From Sphyrna mokarran (taxonomy: Eukaryota), in the NCBI GenBank assembly GCA_024679065.1, contig JAGIQG010000040.1, forward strand, positions 3,906,001 through 3,970,000: a DNA stretch of 64,000 bases, in the 5' to 3' direction. A model generated the notes under the pieces. The model was not told where the DNA came from. It saw only the letters and a list, made by a program, of their open reading frames with translations, and did no database searches. Numbering within the stretch: position 1 is the stretch's first letter; every line of letters begins with the position of its first letter. The position numbers and the translations under genes are program-made. Shown here piece by piece: positions 1-11,580 of the stretch.

Positions 1-28
1 GAATACAGGTTGCTGATGGTCTGGACAC

Positions 29-300
29 CTAAAAACCTAATACCATTAGGTAACCTAAGACCATTTCCACTTCGTCCCCGTTGATGTAGACAGGGTCATG
101 TTCTCCTCCACTCTTCCTGAAGTCGATGACTGTCTCCTTCAAAATGATATTGAGGGAGAGATTATTGTCTACGTAACAGTTCACCAGATTCTCTAAGTCA
201 CTCCTGTACTCTGTCTCGTCATTGTTTGAGATCCGACCCACTACGGTAGTGTTATTAACAAACTTGAAAATCGAGTTGGAGGGGAATTTGGCCACACAGC
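29..300 (-). mobile_element. Degenerate non-LTR retrotransposon RT fragment (Rex1/Babar-like)
   Basis: Translation KFVNNTTVVGRISNNDETEYR...DNNLSLN...KETVIDFRK matches the KFADDTTVVGLISNNDETAYR...DNNLxLN..KTKELIVDFRK region of Rex/Babar RTs; the catalytic DD is mutated. Confidence 0.7.
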
Positions 301-609
301 AATACACAAGTATTACACAAGTGCACTTGGAATGCGGAATTAGTTGAGCACAGTAACGACTGCGGCAGCGACAGTACTAATATAAAAAAGATTTTTTGCC
401 TTGTGTTGTAATATATGAATCAGATCCAAGCGCAATATTAGCAGCTGCTAGACTAGAAACAGGCAATACAGCACGGTAAGAATATAAGTTACAGAGAGAC
501 ATGGAATTAAAGACAGTAACACGACCCGACCACTAATCACTCCCATCATTGAATCAACTATCAAATAGTACTTGAATATAATGTTTTCCAAGCATACGAC
601 ACTGGCTCT

Positions 610-1590
610 GACATGTGCCGCATGATGCATTCAAAAACAAAAGTACTGAAAATTCTCTGCACTCTGAGCAGGAAAAGAGATGCTCCTGTTCTAACCCAGC
701 AGCACAATTTATCAGTTCGTGTAGTGGCGGCAAGAGCAGGTCAGAGGCTGGGAATCCTGCGGCGAATAACGCACCTCCTGTCTCCCCAAAACAAGTCCAG
801 CATTTACAAGGCAACAGTCAGGAGTATGATGGAATGCTCTCCAAACGCCTGATTGGTACAGGAACTCACTATATACACCTTAGACAGCATCATCCAAACA
901 CAATAACGCTACCACCTGGGGGTTCCCCTCCTAGCATATTGCCATCCTGACTCGAAAATATATCTGTGCTCCTTCATGGTATCTGAGGCAAGGTCGTAGA
1001 ACAATGAACTACCCATCAATAACACTATGAATGCCAAAAGAGAAGATGCTGGAAAATATCAGCAGATCCGGAAGCATTTGTATGGAGCTGACGTTTCGAG
1101 TTCCCTTTGATCCTTTGTCAAAGCTAAAAGGCATAAAAAATAGAAGATATTACAGGGTGAGGGAATGAAAGATGGGTAATAGCCACATTAACCAGGGGAA
1201 GAGGCTGCTAAAGGCAGTCCATGGAGACAATAAAATGTATGAATGCCCAAACGGCAGAGAAGCTAAAATCAGAGGGTAAGTTGTGAGAGCTGAAGATGTG
1301 GGGGCGGGGTGAATGGGTGGGGGACAGGAAAAAATTTTTAAAAAGAGGGAAAGGGGAAGCAAAGGGAGAAAGTATGGAAAGCGGAGATAAAATACGGGGA
1401 AGAGTGAGAGGGGCTGAAGAAACAAAAGGGAGAGAACAGTAAAAGCATATGTAAAATGGATGCATCTGCACCAATGGACTGTAGTGCTTCAAGAAGGCAG
1501 CTCACCGCACCACCTTCTCAAGGATAAGTAGTGATGGATAAAAACTGCCAGCCCAGCCACTGACGCATATCTCCTTAAAGAATAAAAATA
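610..1590 (+). mobile_element. Degenerate L2/CR1-group LINE 3' fragment, interrupted at ~1030-1455
   Basis: AGQRLGILRRITHLLSPQNKSSIYKATVRSMMECSP RT C-terminal motif; 3' end ttcaagaaggcagctcacc...caccttctcaagg resumes at ~1460. Confidence 0.65.
1030..1455. mobile_element. Penelope-like element fragment nested in the LINE
   Basis: gaagatgctggaaaatatcagcagatccggaagcat...gacgtttcgagt terminal motif followed by a purine-rich tract, as recalled for elasmobranch Penelope-like elements. Confidence 0.45.
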
Positions 1591-1837
1591 AATATCCAGC
1601 CAGCTGCCAGAACGGGCAATCACAGGATCCCATGAACAGGTGGATGGTAATAAACTGAAAGTCTATTTACATAGTCAACCTTTTTGAAAATGTTTTTCTA
1701 ACGAGCGTGTTGTGCAGGTGGATTCCCTGCAGCTTGTGCTCAGTTTCTCAAAAAACCCTACGTGAACCAGTCCCACCGCCTGCTCTGGGAAGAAATGAAC
1801 AAAACCTGTGAATTGGACAATAGGAAACAACATCTAA

Positions 1838-1926
1838 GGGCTTGTTTGGGATTTGAATCCGGGGCCTCTTGCACACTTCGACCACAACAATCCAAAGCAA
1901 GAATCATACCGCTAGACCAACGAGTC
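1838..1926 (-). pseudogene. tRNA-Pro(TGG)-derived sequence with a 17-nt intron-like insert, probably a pseudogene
   Basis: Minus strand reads GACTCGTTGGTCTAGCGGTATGATTCTTGCTT-TGG-A-[17 nt]-TGCAAGAGGCCCCGGATTCAAATCCCAAACAAGCCC, colinear with the vertebrate tRNA-Pro; the T-stem is mispaired. Confidence 0.8.
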
Positions 1927-3258
1927 TGCACTTACAGAGCGCAAATAAAACATAATTCATTTGTTTGTACCCAAAGCAGCTCAGAAATCTCCGATAAAAA
2001 AAAACGATTCTTTAAAAGAATTCAGCAAGTCAGCATTTGAGGACTGAAAGCACCAGAAAATATCCATCCAATATTTTAACTACTCGACTGTTTGGAACTG
2101 GGTGTTTTTGTGTTTGAAGTTCACATATTACCCGTCGCGCTCCACAAAGAATGCCGAGCACCAAGTTGAATGAATGTGAATATTTCAGCATATCAACAGC
2201 GATAGCAACTTTATCAACTCATAATAATGTATCAAGTGAAACAACAGAAGTTTGCTTTCAATACTAATATAATATTTCTATTTAGATATTTGTTCTTTTA
2301 ATTACATTTTCTCAATATAGATACTGGTTACGGTTGTGAGTCCGGAATGACTCCGATACTGAAGCCAACACGGAATCCTTCTGCCCTCTGGTGGCGGCGA
2401 CAAGGAACTACAACACGCGGCTTCCTCCCACTTCGGGAATCAAGTTTGTGTTCAACAATTTCCGATCGTGAATTCCACCAAGATTTTGTTTACCTCCTTT
2501 ATTCAAATGTTAGACTGCACCTGGAGAATCCTTTTTTGTTATGTGTCCATCTCCTCTAGACAAAGGCAATTTTTTCCAGATGTAGGCCACGGCGATTCTG
2601 TCACTCCGCTCAGACAGATGGAGAAGGGCTGACTTTACAATGTATCTATAACACGACATTTTGCTCCCTGAAAAAGGAACATTCTGCGAAAAAAATAAAT
2701 TAATTCGTTTTTATAATTTTTTACTGATAAGGAAAAGATATCAAATTAACTCGTTAATCCATGGCGCTGTTCTAATTTATAACCTCCAAGGATTTGCCGT
2801 TTTCTCGACTTCACCGTTCTCTTGAACAGAGAAGCAATGGTTTCGCAAATGTAACGCCGTTTTCCCAAATACATATCAAGAGTAACAAAGTCAGTGTCTA
2901 AAGAGCTCCAGTTTAGATTTCTGGGAAATATTTGAGTCTTGGTGTAAATTACAGTAAACCCTGAATCAACTCAGAGCGTGCAATAAAAAGATTTGCCGAG
3001 AGATGGCGCCAAATTCAAGCGTAAGTGTCACCAACTCACGAGATATTATCACTGAAACCTGTACGGATGGTAGTCTTGTGATGCCACAATAGACTCATCT
3101 CCCCTCCACGCCGCCCCCCCCCCCAAGTTTCCTCATTCCCTACACTCACCCACGCACACACACAAGGACTCAAACTACCGAACAGAGCCTGGATTTTCTC
3201 TCTCTTTTCAATCTCTGACCCATTCCGTTCCAATTAACTGAGAGAGATTCAGTCAGAC

Positions 3259-3758
3259 ATGTTTCTGCTCGCACTGGCGGTCCTCTTGCACAGTAAGTAC
3301 TGGAAAACGTTCATCAAGCCAGATAAACATATTAATACGCATAGATGACAACTTAATTAACAATCTGAAACATCTATGTGAGGCATAGAATGGAGGTTCC
3401 TCAAACTATTGCAGGTATAAACACATTTACATTAACTCTTGACATTTCATTCCTCTACCTTCACAAGCGGACTGTGCGCAGATCGAGTAACTCAGTCACC
3501 AGTGACAATAACGCATCAGAAGGAGGTTCGGTGCAGTTAGATTGCAACTATACAGACCTGGGTATGGACTACAAGCAATCGTATCAGCAGTAACCGGCAC
3601 AGCCACCAACATGGATTATTTCCAAAATATTAACAGTGAAGGAAGATAAAGGTTCAGGACGGTATCAGGCGGCTGCTGACATATCTAAATAGGACGGTTA
3701 CCTCAATATCAGCGCCCTCGGGGTGGAGAACGGGGCGGTCTATTGCTGTGCAATGAAG
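3259..3758 (+). pseudogene. TCR alpha/delta-type V pseudogene (V1)
   Basis: Leader exon 3259-3292 MFLLALAVLLH then gtaagt. V exon ~3468-3758 reads DRVTQSPVTI / SEGGSVQLDCNY...SYQQ*PAQPPTWII...GYLNISALGVENGAVYCCAMK, with a frameshift, two stops and loss of the conserved Trp. Confidence 0.85.
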
Positions 3759-3797
3759 CACCGCGTCAGATTGCAATTAAAAGCCCGTTAAAAAGCT
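3759..3797 (+). other. Degenerate 23-type RSS of V1
   Basis: CACCGCG + 22-23 nt + (T)TAAAAAGC(T) directly after the V end. Confidence 0.55.
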
Positions 3798-4254
3798 CAG
3801 CCAGTATTGACAGTTTCACTAAATTAACTTCTGCCAGAACCGTTTGTTCCCGCGTTCAAGAATGCAGTCAGGTCTATTTACCCGGCATTTTGTCCTAATG
3901 GGCAGAGAAGCGCTTTTGGAAGTCGAGACACTAATCTCCATGCTGTGATTAATGTACATAATTTAAAAATCAGCTAAAGGATGAAATCAGAAGTGGAGTC
4001 AGTGTGGCGGAAAATTGTAAGCTGTTCTTTCAGAATAGTTAACTGAAACAAGCCCACGGACACCGACTCTTCAGCACTAGTTCTTGCAACGAAATGCAGA
4101 ACGGATCAAAATCTGCCGTCGTACTTAACAAATGAGATGTACAATAACTGTCACACAAAATCACTCAGCAATATGAATATTATTATAAATCTGGGACACA
4201 GAGGCTTATCCAACAACACGAATATTGTCGATTCTCACAGCTGACACTGGTGTA

Positions 4255-4960
4255 TTATGTGGTGGTGAGCTCCCTTCTTGAAGTGCTGCGCTCTCTGGGG
4301 TGCGCGTACACCGACTGTGCTGTTAGTGAAGGATTCCAGGGTGTTGACCCAGTGACCATGAAGGAACAGCGAGATATTTCCAAGTAAGGATGTGAAATAA
4401 ATTGGAAGGTGACCTCTAGGTTGTAGGATTCCCTACAACCTAGGTCGTGTATACGGATTGGGCACCCTAAAAATCCTTGTATCTTGTAGATAGTGCACAC
4501 GGCTGCCATGGTTTGTCGCTGGTGACAGGGATGGATGTTTATTGAATGGGTAAAAATCATGCGGACTACTCTATCTTGCAACTTGTCGAGCTTATTGAGT
4601 GTTGCTGGAGCTACACTGATCCAAGCAAGTAAGGAGCATTCCATTTAGTCTGCTGTACCTTGTAGATGGTGGGTATGTCTTTGGGAAGTCACGAGGCGAG
4701 TTAGTCGCCACAGGGTTCCTAACCTTTGACCTGCACTGGGAGCTACTGTATTGCTCGGTGCTGTTCTGTTTCCGGTCAACTGCCAGGATGTTGATAGAGT
4801 GGGGGTGGCGGACAGGAAGTGGGGGGGGGAGCTGCAAAGGAAAGTTCGTTAGATCCTCTTTTATTGGAGATAATCATTGCCTGGAAATTGTATGACCTAA
4901 ACGTTGCTTGTACTTGTCAGTCCAAACCTGAGTATTGTCGAGGTCTTACTGTATTTGGGC
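4255..4960 (-). mobile_element. Degenerate L2/CR1-group LINE fragment
   Basis: MECSLLAWISVAPATLNKLDKLQDRVVRMI...AAVCTIYKI; same family as the 610-1590 element. Confidence 0.65.
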
Positions 4961-5229
4961 ACAGATCAGGCGCCTGATTCGAAACAGTGGAATATCATCC
5001 TTAAAATAAAGAATGCGGATGATTTCCTCACCATAAAGCCCACACTCGCTGAGCGACTGTTTCTTCAATCGGATAAGTTATGTCTGAGAAAAGCAAAATC
5101 GCTGTCAGGAATTGCAAAGTCGTCCAGGGCAACCCCGCTCACATACTTCATTTCTTGCTCTAGTTCTGGGACGTATTGCCTGCAATGTGATGTCTGTAGG
5201 ATTGTTGCAGCAACTGAAAACAGGCGTGA

Positions 5230-5268
5230 GGTTTTTGTACGGTGACTAGCGCCTTCTCTCTCAGTGTG
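5230..5268 (-). other. 23-RSS of V2
   Basis: CACACTG + 23 nt + ACAAAAACC (consensus nonamer). Confidence 0.92.
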
Positions 5269-5682
5269 GGCTCTATCGCACAGTAATACAGAGCAGCATC
5301 CGCGATCTCCGTGTTTTCAATAACCAACTGGCCCCGTTTTCCCGCAGTGGAGAATTCCATTTCGAACCGGCCCTTTCTGTCTTTGCCATTCGAGATTCTG
5401 CTTATTATCCACTCCAGTCCCTGTCCGTGTTTTTGCCTGTACCAATACATTCCATAAATGCTGGACATATCATAACTGCAGTTTATCTGCACCGAATCCC
5501 CGCTCTGAACTGTTTTCACTGTGGGAGTTTGTGAAACTTGGTCCGAGCGACATCGATCTGTATAAAAAAAACATACAGTGAGATAATGCAGCAAAATTAA
5601 TATAAATAAATAGCTCCAAAAGTTCTGGAATAAATATTCTGCGCTTACAAGTTAGCACCACCAGAATAAGGAACAGTTTCAT
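5269..5682 (-). CDS. Intact TCR alpha/delta-type V gene segment (V2); leader exon 5649-5682, V exon 5269-5557
   Basis: Leader MKLFLILVVLT, phase-1 GT-AG intron, open V exon DQVSQTP...GDSVQINCSY...MYWYRQKHGQGLEWII...DAALYYCAIEP with Cys23, Trp41 and Cys104, followed by a 23-RSS. Confidence 0.92.
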
Positions 5683-6190
5683 TTGCACAATGTGATATAA
5701 TAACAATGTCAGTAAGAATACGGAGCACTGCTCACAGCAGAAGACCCTGTACTGAGTCAATATTTTGCAAATGTAAGATGCACCAGATAAAGTTTCAGAC
5801 CTTTGGGTTTTCTACAATCTGTTTGGCTGGAATCAGACTCCGTTCTTCCGGTGTCAGGATGTGAGTTGTTGATCTGCAGCTGCTTTTCTTTCAGAACACG
5901 TGTGAACAAGTCAATTGTCAAAAAACCAGAACACTGCGTAATTTATAAAAGTGGTTAAAGCTTAACTTCACCAACGAAGGCATTGATTTTGAAATGAGGA
6001 TTACCCTCATTTTAAAGTTATGTATGATAAATGCATGTTTGGAAATAATTTTTGTCTATTTACATTTGCAAATATAATTGATTCCCCTTCTGTTTCAGTC
6101 ACATTTTCTCTATCCCTGAGGCACTCCACATTCTATTTCTATTTGTCATGCGGAGCTCTGGCGTTGGACTAAGATAGGCACAGTATGAAT

Positions 6191-6898
6191 TCTCACAACA
6201 CCAGGTTAATGTCCATCAGTAGTTATTTGGTACTACGAGCTTTCGGACCGTTGACCCTTCATTACGTGAGTGAAGAGTTCGATTCACAAACAGGACATAT
6301 ATAGGCACAAACTCAGTAACAAGATAATGGTTGGAATGCGAGTTTTAACAGGTAATCAAGTCTTTACAGGCACAGACAAATTGAGTGGAGAGAGAGTTAA
6401 GCACAGGTTAAGGAGATGTGAATTGTTCCCAGCCAGGACAGTTCGACAGATGTTACAAGCCCAGGCAAGTCGTGGAGGTTACAGATAGTATGACATGAAC
6501 TCAGGGTCCCGGTTGCAGCCGCCCTCTTGTGAGCAGAGACTGATAGCCAAATTTCGCGCATAAGAGGACGGCCGCAACCGGGATCCTGATTTCATGTCAC
6601 ACAATCTGTAACCTCCATGATTTGCCTGGGCTTGTAAGATTTGACAAACTGCCCTTGCTGGGAACAATTCACATCTCCTTAATCTGTGCTTAACCCTCCC
6701 TGCACTCATATTGTCCGCATCTATGAAGACTTGATTACTTGTTAAGATTCCAATTCCAACTACTATCCTGTAATTGGGTTTGTGCCTATGCATGCCCTGT
6801 ATGTGAAGCGAACTCTTCACTCGCCTGATGAAGGGGCAACTCTCCGAAAGCTCATGCTACCTAGTAAACCTATTGGACTTCAACCCGGTGTTGTGAGA
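6191..6898. mobile_element. Penelope-like non-autonomous element forming a long inverted repeat
   Basis: Arms 6191-~6530 and ~6560-6898 are reverse complements (ORFs 6270-6488+ and 6479-6820- give homologous peptides). The centre translates as EQRLIAKFRA*EDG..NRD..FMSH, like a GIY-YIG C-terminus; ctgatgaaggggcaactctccgaaagct terminal motif. Confidence 0.7.
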
Positions 6899-6944
6899 TC
6901 ACGTATTATTTCTATTTGTGTAATTCGGACAGCAGCGGGGCAAT

Positions 6945-7160
6945 TCAGCAGCTCGGCGCCAGATTCGAAAGAGCTATTACGGATCCCCTTTTTCTCACAG
7001 TCAATCGCAATATCACCACTTTCAGTCTCCAATGAATTGAAATTGCTCCCGAACCCCTCTCTTCCTTTATGTAACCAATATTTAAGTTATTGATCTCGAT
7101 CTGCTTTGCAAGCCTCCTTTCATAATCCCTTTTACTAGGGATTTTCATAATCCCTTCTAC
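6945..7160 (-). mobile_element. Old CR1 ORF2 fragment
   Basis: KRDYERRLAKQI...GYIK resembles CR1 AKRxYEKxLA..IK.NPK.FY.YIK. Confidence 0.55.
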
Positions 7161-7944
7161 TTACACATCGCTTCATAGACATTTGCTAGTTTTTGTATCG
7201 TTGAATTATCGCTCTTGTTGTGTTAGTGTGGGAGCACATATTTGTGACACTAACTGTAACTCTGAGCGTGGGCGTTTATACCCGAGTCCTTATTTCTCTG
7301 CAGCAGTGTGAGGCTCATGGAACAGAAATAGCTGTAGTGGAAATCCAAAGCGTTTTTCTTGTTAATTCTGTAATTTCTATGACTTTAATAAGTGTAGAGG
7401 CAAATGGCTGCATAAAGTCGGGGTTACGCTTTGCTGTTCCCCTCTCCCCCCACACTCCATCCATCCAGCCCCGAATTAGAACACCTTCTATAGAAAATGA
7501 CTGTGCCCTGACTGTACCAGAACACGCAAGGACTTGGATTTTTTGTTTTCAAGATGGGACTTGTGGTGAAATTAATCGACGATCTTCAACCATCATTTCA
7601 GCCATGGACTCCTCTTTTGAGCCTTAATTGTATCATTCTGACATAGGTGATGAATATTTATCACTGCACCAGCATTTTGGTAAACCATAATGTTTCAGGT
7701 ACAGCAGACGGGTTGGTGTGGGGCAGTAAGGAATGTTAATTTTAATGGGAAACATTCACTTAATCTGAAGTGATATAATAGTTAATGTTTTAAGTTATTT
7801 CCATTTGATGTTTCCTCAAACTGTACCTTTGCAGTCTGTTAAATCCTCTGCCAGGGTACAGATATACATCCCTTTCGCATTGGACTGCGGTGTCCAACCA
7901 ATGCCAGAGAAAAGTTGCAAAAATCTCTGCAATAAAACAGGGTA

Positions 7945-8710
7945 CATAGAACATAGAACATAGAACATAGAACAATACAGCACAGAACAGGCCCTTCGGC
8001 CTTCGATGTTGTGCCGACCAAAATAAAAAGCAATGCCCCTCCAAACTAAACCATTCCCTTCTCTTCCATATACTTATCAATTAACCTCTTAAACGCCACC
8101 AAACTTGGCGCATCTACAACAGCTGCAGGCAGGGCATTCCACTCCCTAATCACTCTTTGAGTAAAGAACCTACCTCTGATATCCGTCCTATAACTCATAC
8201 CCCTTAATTTAAAGCTGTGTCCCCTCGTGCTAGCTTTCTCCATCCTAGGAAAAAGGCTATCACTGTCCACCCTATCTAAACCTCTAATCATCTTATATGC
8301 TTCAATAAGATCCCCTCTTAGCCGCCTCCTTTCTAACGAAAACAACCTCAAATCCTTCAACCTCTCTTCATAGGACCTGCCCTCCATACCAGGCAACATC
8401 CTGGTAAACCTCCTCTGTACCCTCTCCAATGCCTCCACATCTTTCTTATAATGTGGGGACCAGAACTGCACACAATACTCCAAGTGCGGCCGCACTAGAG
8501 TTTTGTACAGTTGCAACATGATGCTGCGGCTCCTAAATTCAATCCCCCTACCAATAAAAGCTAAGACTCCATATGCCTTCTTAACAACTTTATCCACTTG
8601 ACTGCCTACTTTCAGGGATCTATTGACACATACACCAAGATCCTTCTGTTCCTCAACACTATTAAGAGCCCTACCATTAGCGCTATACTCTACACATTTA
8701 TGAAGGGTCA
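7945..8710 (-). mobile_element. Young 5'-truncated CR1 LINE
   Basis: Open 221-aa ORF2 C-terminus (LYKTLVRPHLEYCVQFWSP, FSLERRRLRGDLIE), 3' UTR and (TTCTATG)n tail. Confidence 0.95.
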
Positions 8711-9122
8711 AAGCGAGAACAGCACAGGCAAGCTCTTGGCAATGTTGTCACAGGTAGAATTTATCTACAAAGAACTGAACTCAGTAATATGGTATCACTG
8801 GGAAATTATATAACGTTGTCTCTCTTGTAGGAAGGATAGTTTAATCTTCATTCCATTCTGCGGAGCAGTTGGCGCGTAACAACTTAGTTAAAGTTAATAA
8901 GTTATTCAATGCTAAATGAAATCTTTTTCAACCGCCTCACAAAAAAGTTGGCGTTGAATTTCCAGCTTATATATGTTGGGTATCCAGCTGTCTGCACTCA
9001 GAAACCTTTGTCTATGATCAGTGGGATATGGCATTAATGTTTGCGATAAACAGGTACCCCTAGTTAAGAAACATCAAATTGGTGAGAGACAGCTCCGACA
9101 GCTTCTACTGCTAGATGTCCTG

Positions 9123-9137
9123 CAGGAAGTGACGTCA
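9123..9137 (+). promoter_or_regulatory. Ets + CRE composite element upstream of the V3 leader
   Basis: CAGGAAGTGACGTCA about 100 bp 5' of the ATG at 9234; CRE and Ets sites are known in TCR V promoters. Confidence 0.6.
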
Positions 9138-9233
9138 GAAATGTGGCTGCTCTGAGTCTGTGTTGTCCTGCAGCAGACGACATTTGCTCTTTTACTATTC
9201 CCTATTCTGCATCTTTCTGACAGAGCAGCAGCG

Positions 9234-10225
9234 ATGTGGATCCCCATTCTCGCTGTACTCTGGGCAGCTTTCCGTGTCGGCGAGAAATTTAAAACTTCTA
9301 AATGAAGGTTAATTTCAGAGAATTGGATTTGAAAAGTAAATAGTCTATTTAACACGTATTGAAACGTGTTCCGACCACATGAGGAGTGTTAGGAAAAGAT
9401 GTAAGGGCACAGGAGTAAATGAGAAAAAATCTTTACGAAGGTGATGCCGCAATTGACATGAAACAGTTATCAGAAATCATTGTGCTGGCTGAGGTTATTT
9501 GACCTCGCAAAATGACAGCCTGACAGAGGTCTTCAAAATGAGATTGAAATGTGATTAATAGGTGAGTGCTTCAGAGTTGTTTTTACTTCTGGATCATTGA
9601 ATATAATAAATGCAATGTTTCAAATGGATGAAAAGGGCATTGTGGACAAGCCTCCCTACACAGCGTGTGTTGATAATCTGTACATCATTAGCACAGGGGA
9701 AGCCAAATATAGAGATGATGGAGAAAGAAATGGATAAAAATTCTGAGTTGGTAAGATGGAGTCAGGCGAATTAGGCCTGATTTAATACCGACAGAGATCA
9801 ATTTTGCAGCAAGTTTTTTTTTCAAAGGCCTGAATTCCATTTTTTTCAATGTAATGCTGACTCCTAATTGTCACTTTCGGTTAAATTCAGTTGATTATTT
9901 CCTTTTTTTAACCATGTATTTCAGATCGTAGAGATGGAGATTCTGTTACTCAGCAGGATTCCTCACTCACACTACCAGAGGAGAAATATGTCACTTTAAG
10001 CTGCAACTTTACTGACAATACTGATTATGCATTCTGGTACCGTCAGTACCCAGGCAGACAACCCGAGTTTGTAGTCCGCAGGGACACTGGCGGCAGTTCT
10101 GAATTCAGAACAGATTTCGCTCAGAATCGGTTTTCTGATGAGTCCAACAGCCAGACAAGTTGTACCGATTGTCAATCGCGGAGCTGTGGCATGCTGACAC
10201 CGCGGTCTATTATCGTGCAGTGTCT
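9234..10225 (+). pseudogene. TCR alpha/delta-type V pseudogene (V3); leader ~9234-9279, V exon 9925-10225
   Basis: Leader MWIPILAVLWAAFRV. V exon GDSVTQQDSSLTLPEEKYVTLSCNFT...AFWYRQYPGRQPEFVV...RFSDE, then a 1-nt frameshift, then QQPDKLYRLSIAELWHADTAVYYRAV (Cys104 to Arg). Confidence 0.88.
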
Positions 10226-10264
10226 CGCAGTGATGCGAACGAGTTTAGTCCTCGCACAAAAACG
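10226..10264 (+). other. 23-RSS of V3 with a mutated heptamer
   Basis: CGCAGTG + 23 nt + ACAAAAACG; the essential CAC is broken. Confidence 0.85.
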
Positions 10265-11329
10265 GCCACAGGTTTCCGGGTCACAGCCCCTTTTTCTAAG
10301 GGCTGTTTATAACACCGGCACATCAATATTTTCCTGCACACAGACATCCCAAGATCAATTTGCAGAAATCCCACCAGAAACTGTGGGATTTTACATTGTT
10401 ATTATATTTACTGCGTGGTTGCAACATTAGCTGCCCACCATTAACAACACAAATTCCTGCTGCTTTCTTGAAACGAGCTCTGTCGATGCAGTGAAATGTG
10501 TTAAAGGAAAGTGACATTCGGTTTAAAATATCATCGCAACGGAGACGGTTACGTCAAATGAAAATGTTGACAATTAAATGAAACGTGTTAATCGTCGTTC
10601 AATGTGAAATTACATGGAAGTATGAAGCAAACATTGCGCTGAGATGCCAGCAGATTCTGAGGTTTTGCTGCCACCTTGTGGGAGAGTTCAGAATTTCTCC
10701 CCGTAATGTTCACTTCAGTTCAGATTATTGTTCAAGAATTATTTTTGCAAGAAATTCAAAAGACTACACCAAAGCTATCCTGTCATTAATTATTGCGTTA
10801 TTCGATATAAGTGCTGTTTTGAACTTTATCTCTATAATACTTTTTTTTTGCTATTGTAACGTTAAATTATGTTTCATGTGTTAGTTTATTAGATAATCTC
10901 TTTGTTTTGATTACATAAGGCCATGCCTTGGCTAACAACTGTCCAGACCATGCCTCTTCTCACAGGGCACAAACTAGTGTCTCAGCTATCACTACACTGA
11001 GCCCATATGTCTGTCCTAACTTCACTGGATCGGTGCCTGTTTATATTACACGAAGGCTGTTCCCTTCCTTTATTTGGCTTGTAAACCATCGGAAACGCTG
11101 CCGGTTGTTACTGATCTCAGATCATATCCATGTCTACGTTGAAAATTTTACAAGATTGTGTCAATTCTCTACGAGAGTTGGGATTGTGTCCGAAATGCCT
11201 TTGATGTAAATGGAATAGCGGAAATCTTCCCCAACTCTGTTAACCTCGGCTTGGAATTTATTGATATTTATTTGAAACCACTACATTCTGCTGATAGATT
11301 AGAAAGATAAGGGCCCCTCAGCTTCCTGT

Positions 11330-11580
11330 CACGGTGCATCACAGTCCGCAGACATACATCGCGCTGTCAGTCAGCTCACGGATAGTGAAATTCTCCCCTT
11401 TTTTTCAAGTATTTAAAGATGAAGGAAATCGAATTCCCATACCCTTTGCTCTGAAAACTTCCACAACATTCTCACGGCAATGACTAGAAAGTAGCAGTGG
11501 TGGAATAGCTGAAATTGATGATACAGAGTCGCTGTAATCGGCCCCTGCGTGACCAAGCCTGCAGCAGGAATATCTGTCCT
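11330..11580 (-). pseudogene. Highly degenerate TCR V relic (V4)
   Basis: Minus strand gives GLVTQGP..., INFSYSTT, GIRFPSSLNT*KK, NFTIRELTDSAMYVCGL followed by heptamer CACCGTG (11330-11336); internal deletions. Confidence 0.65.

Noticed and set aside
6270-6820. Two homologous ORFs as a duplicated protein-coding gene pair
   Set aside because: They are the two arms of one inverted repeat in a mobile-element relic.
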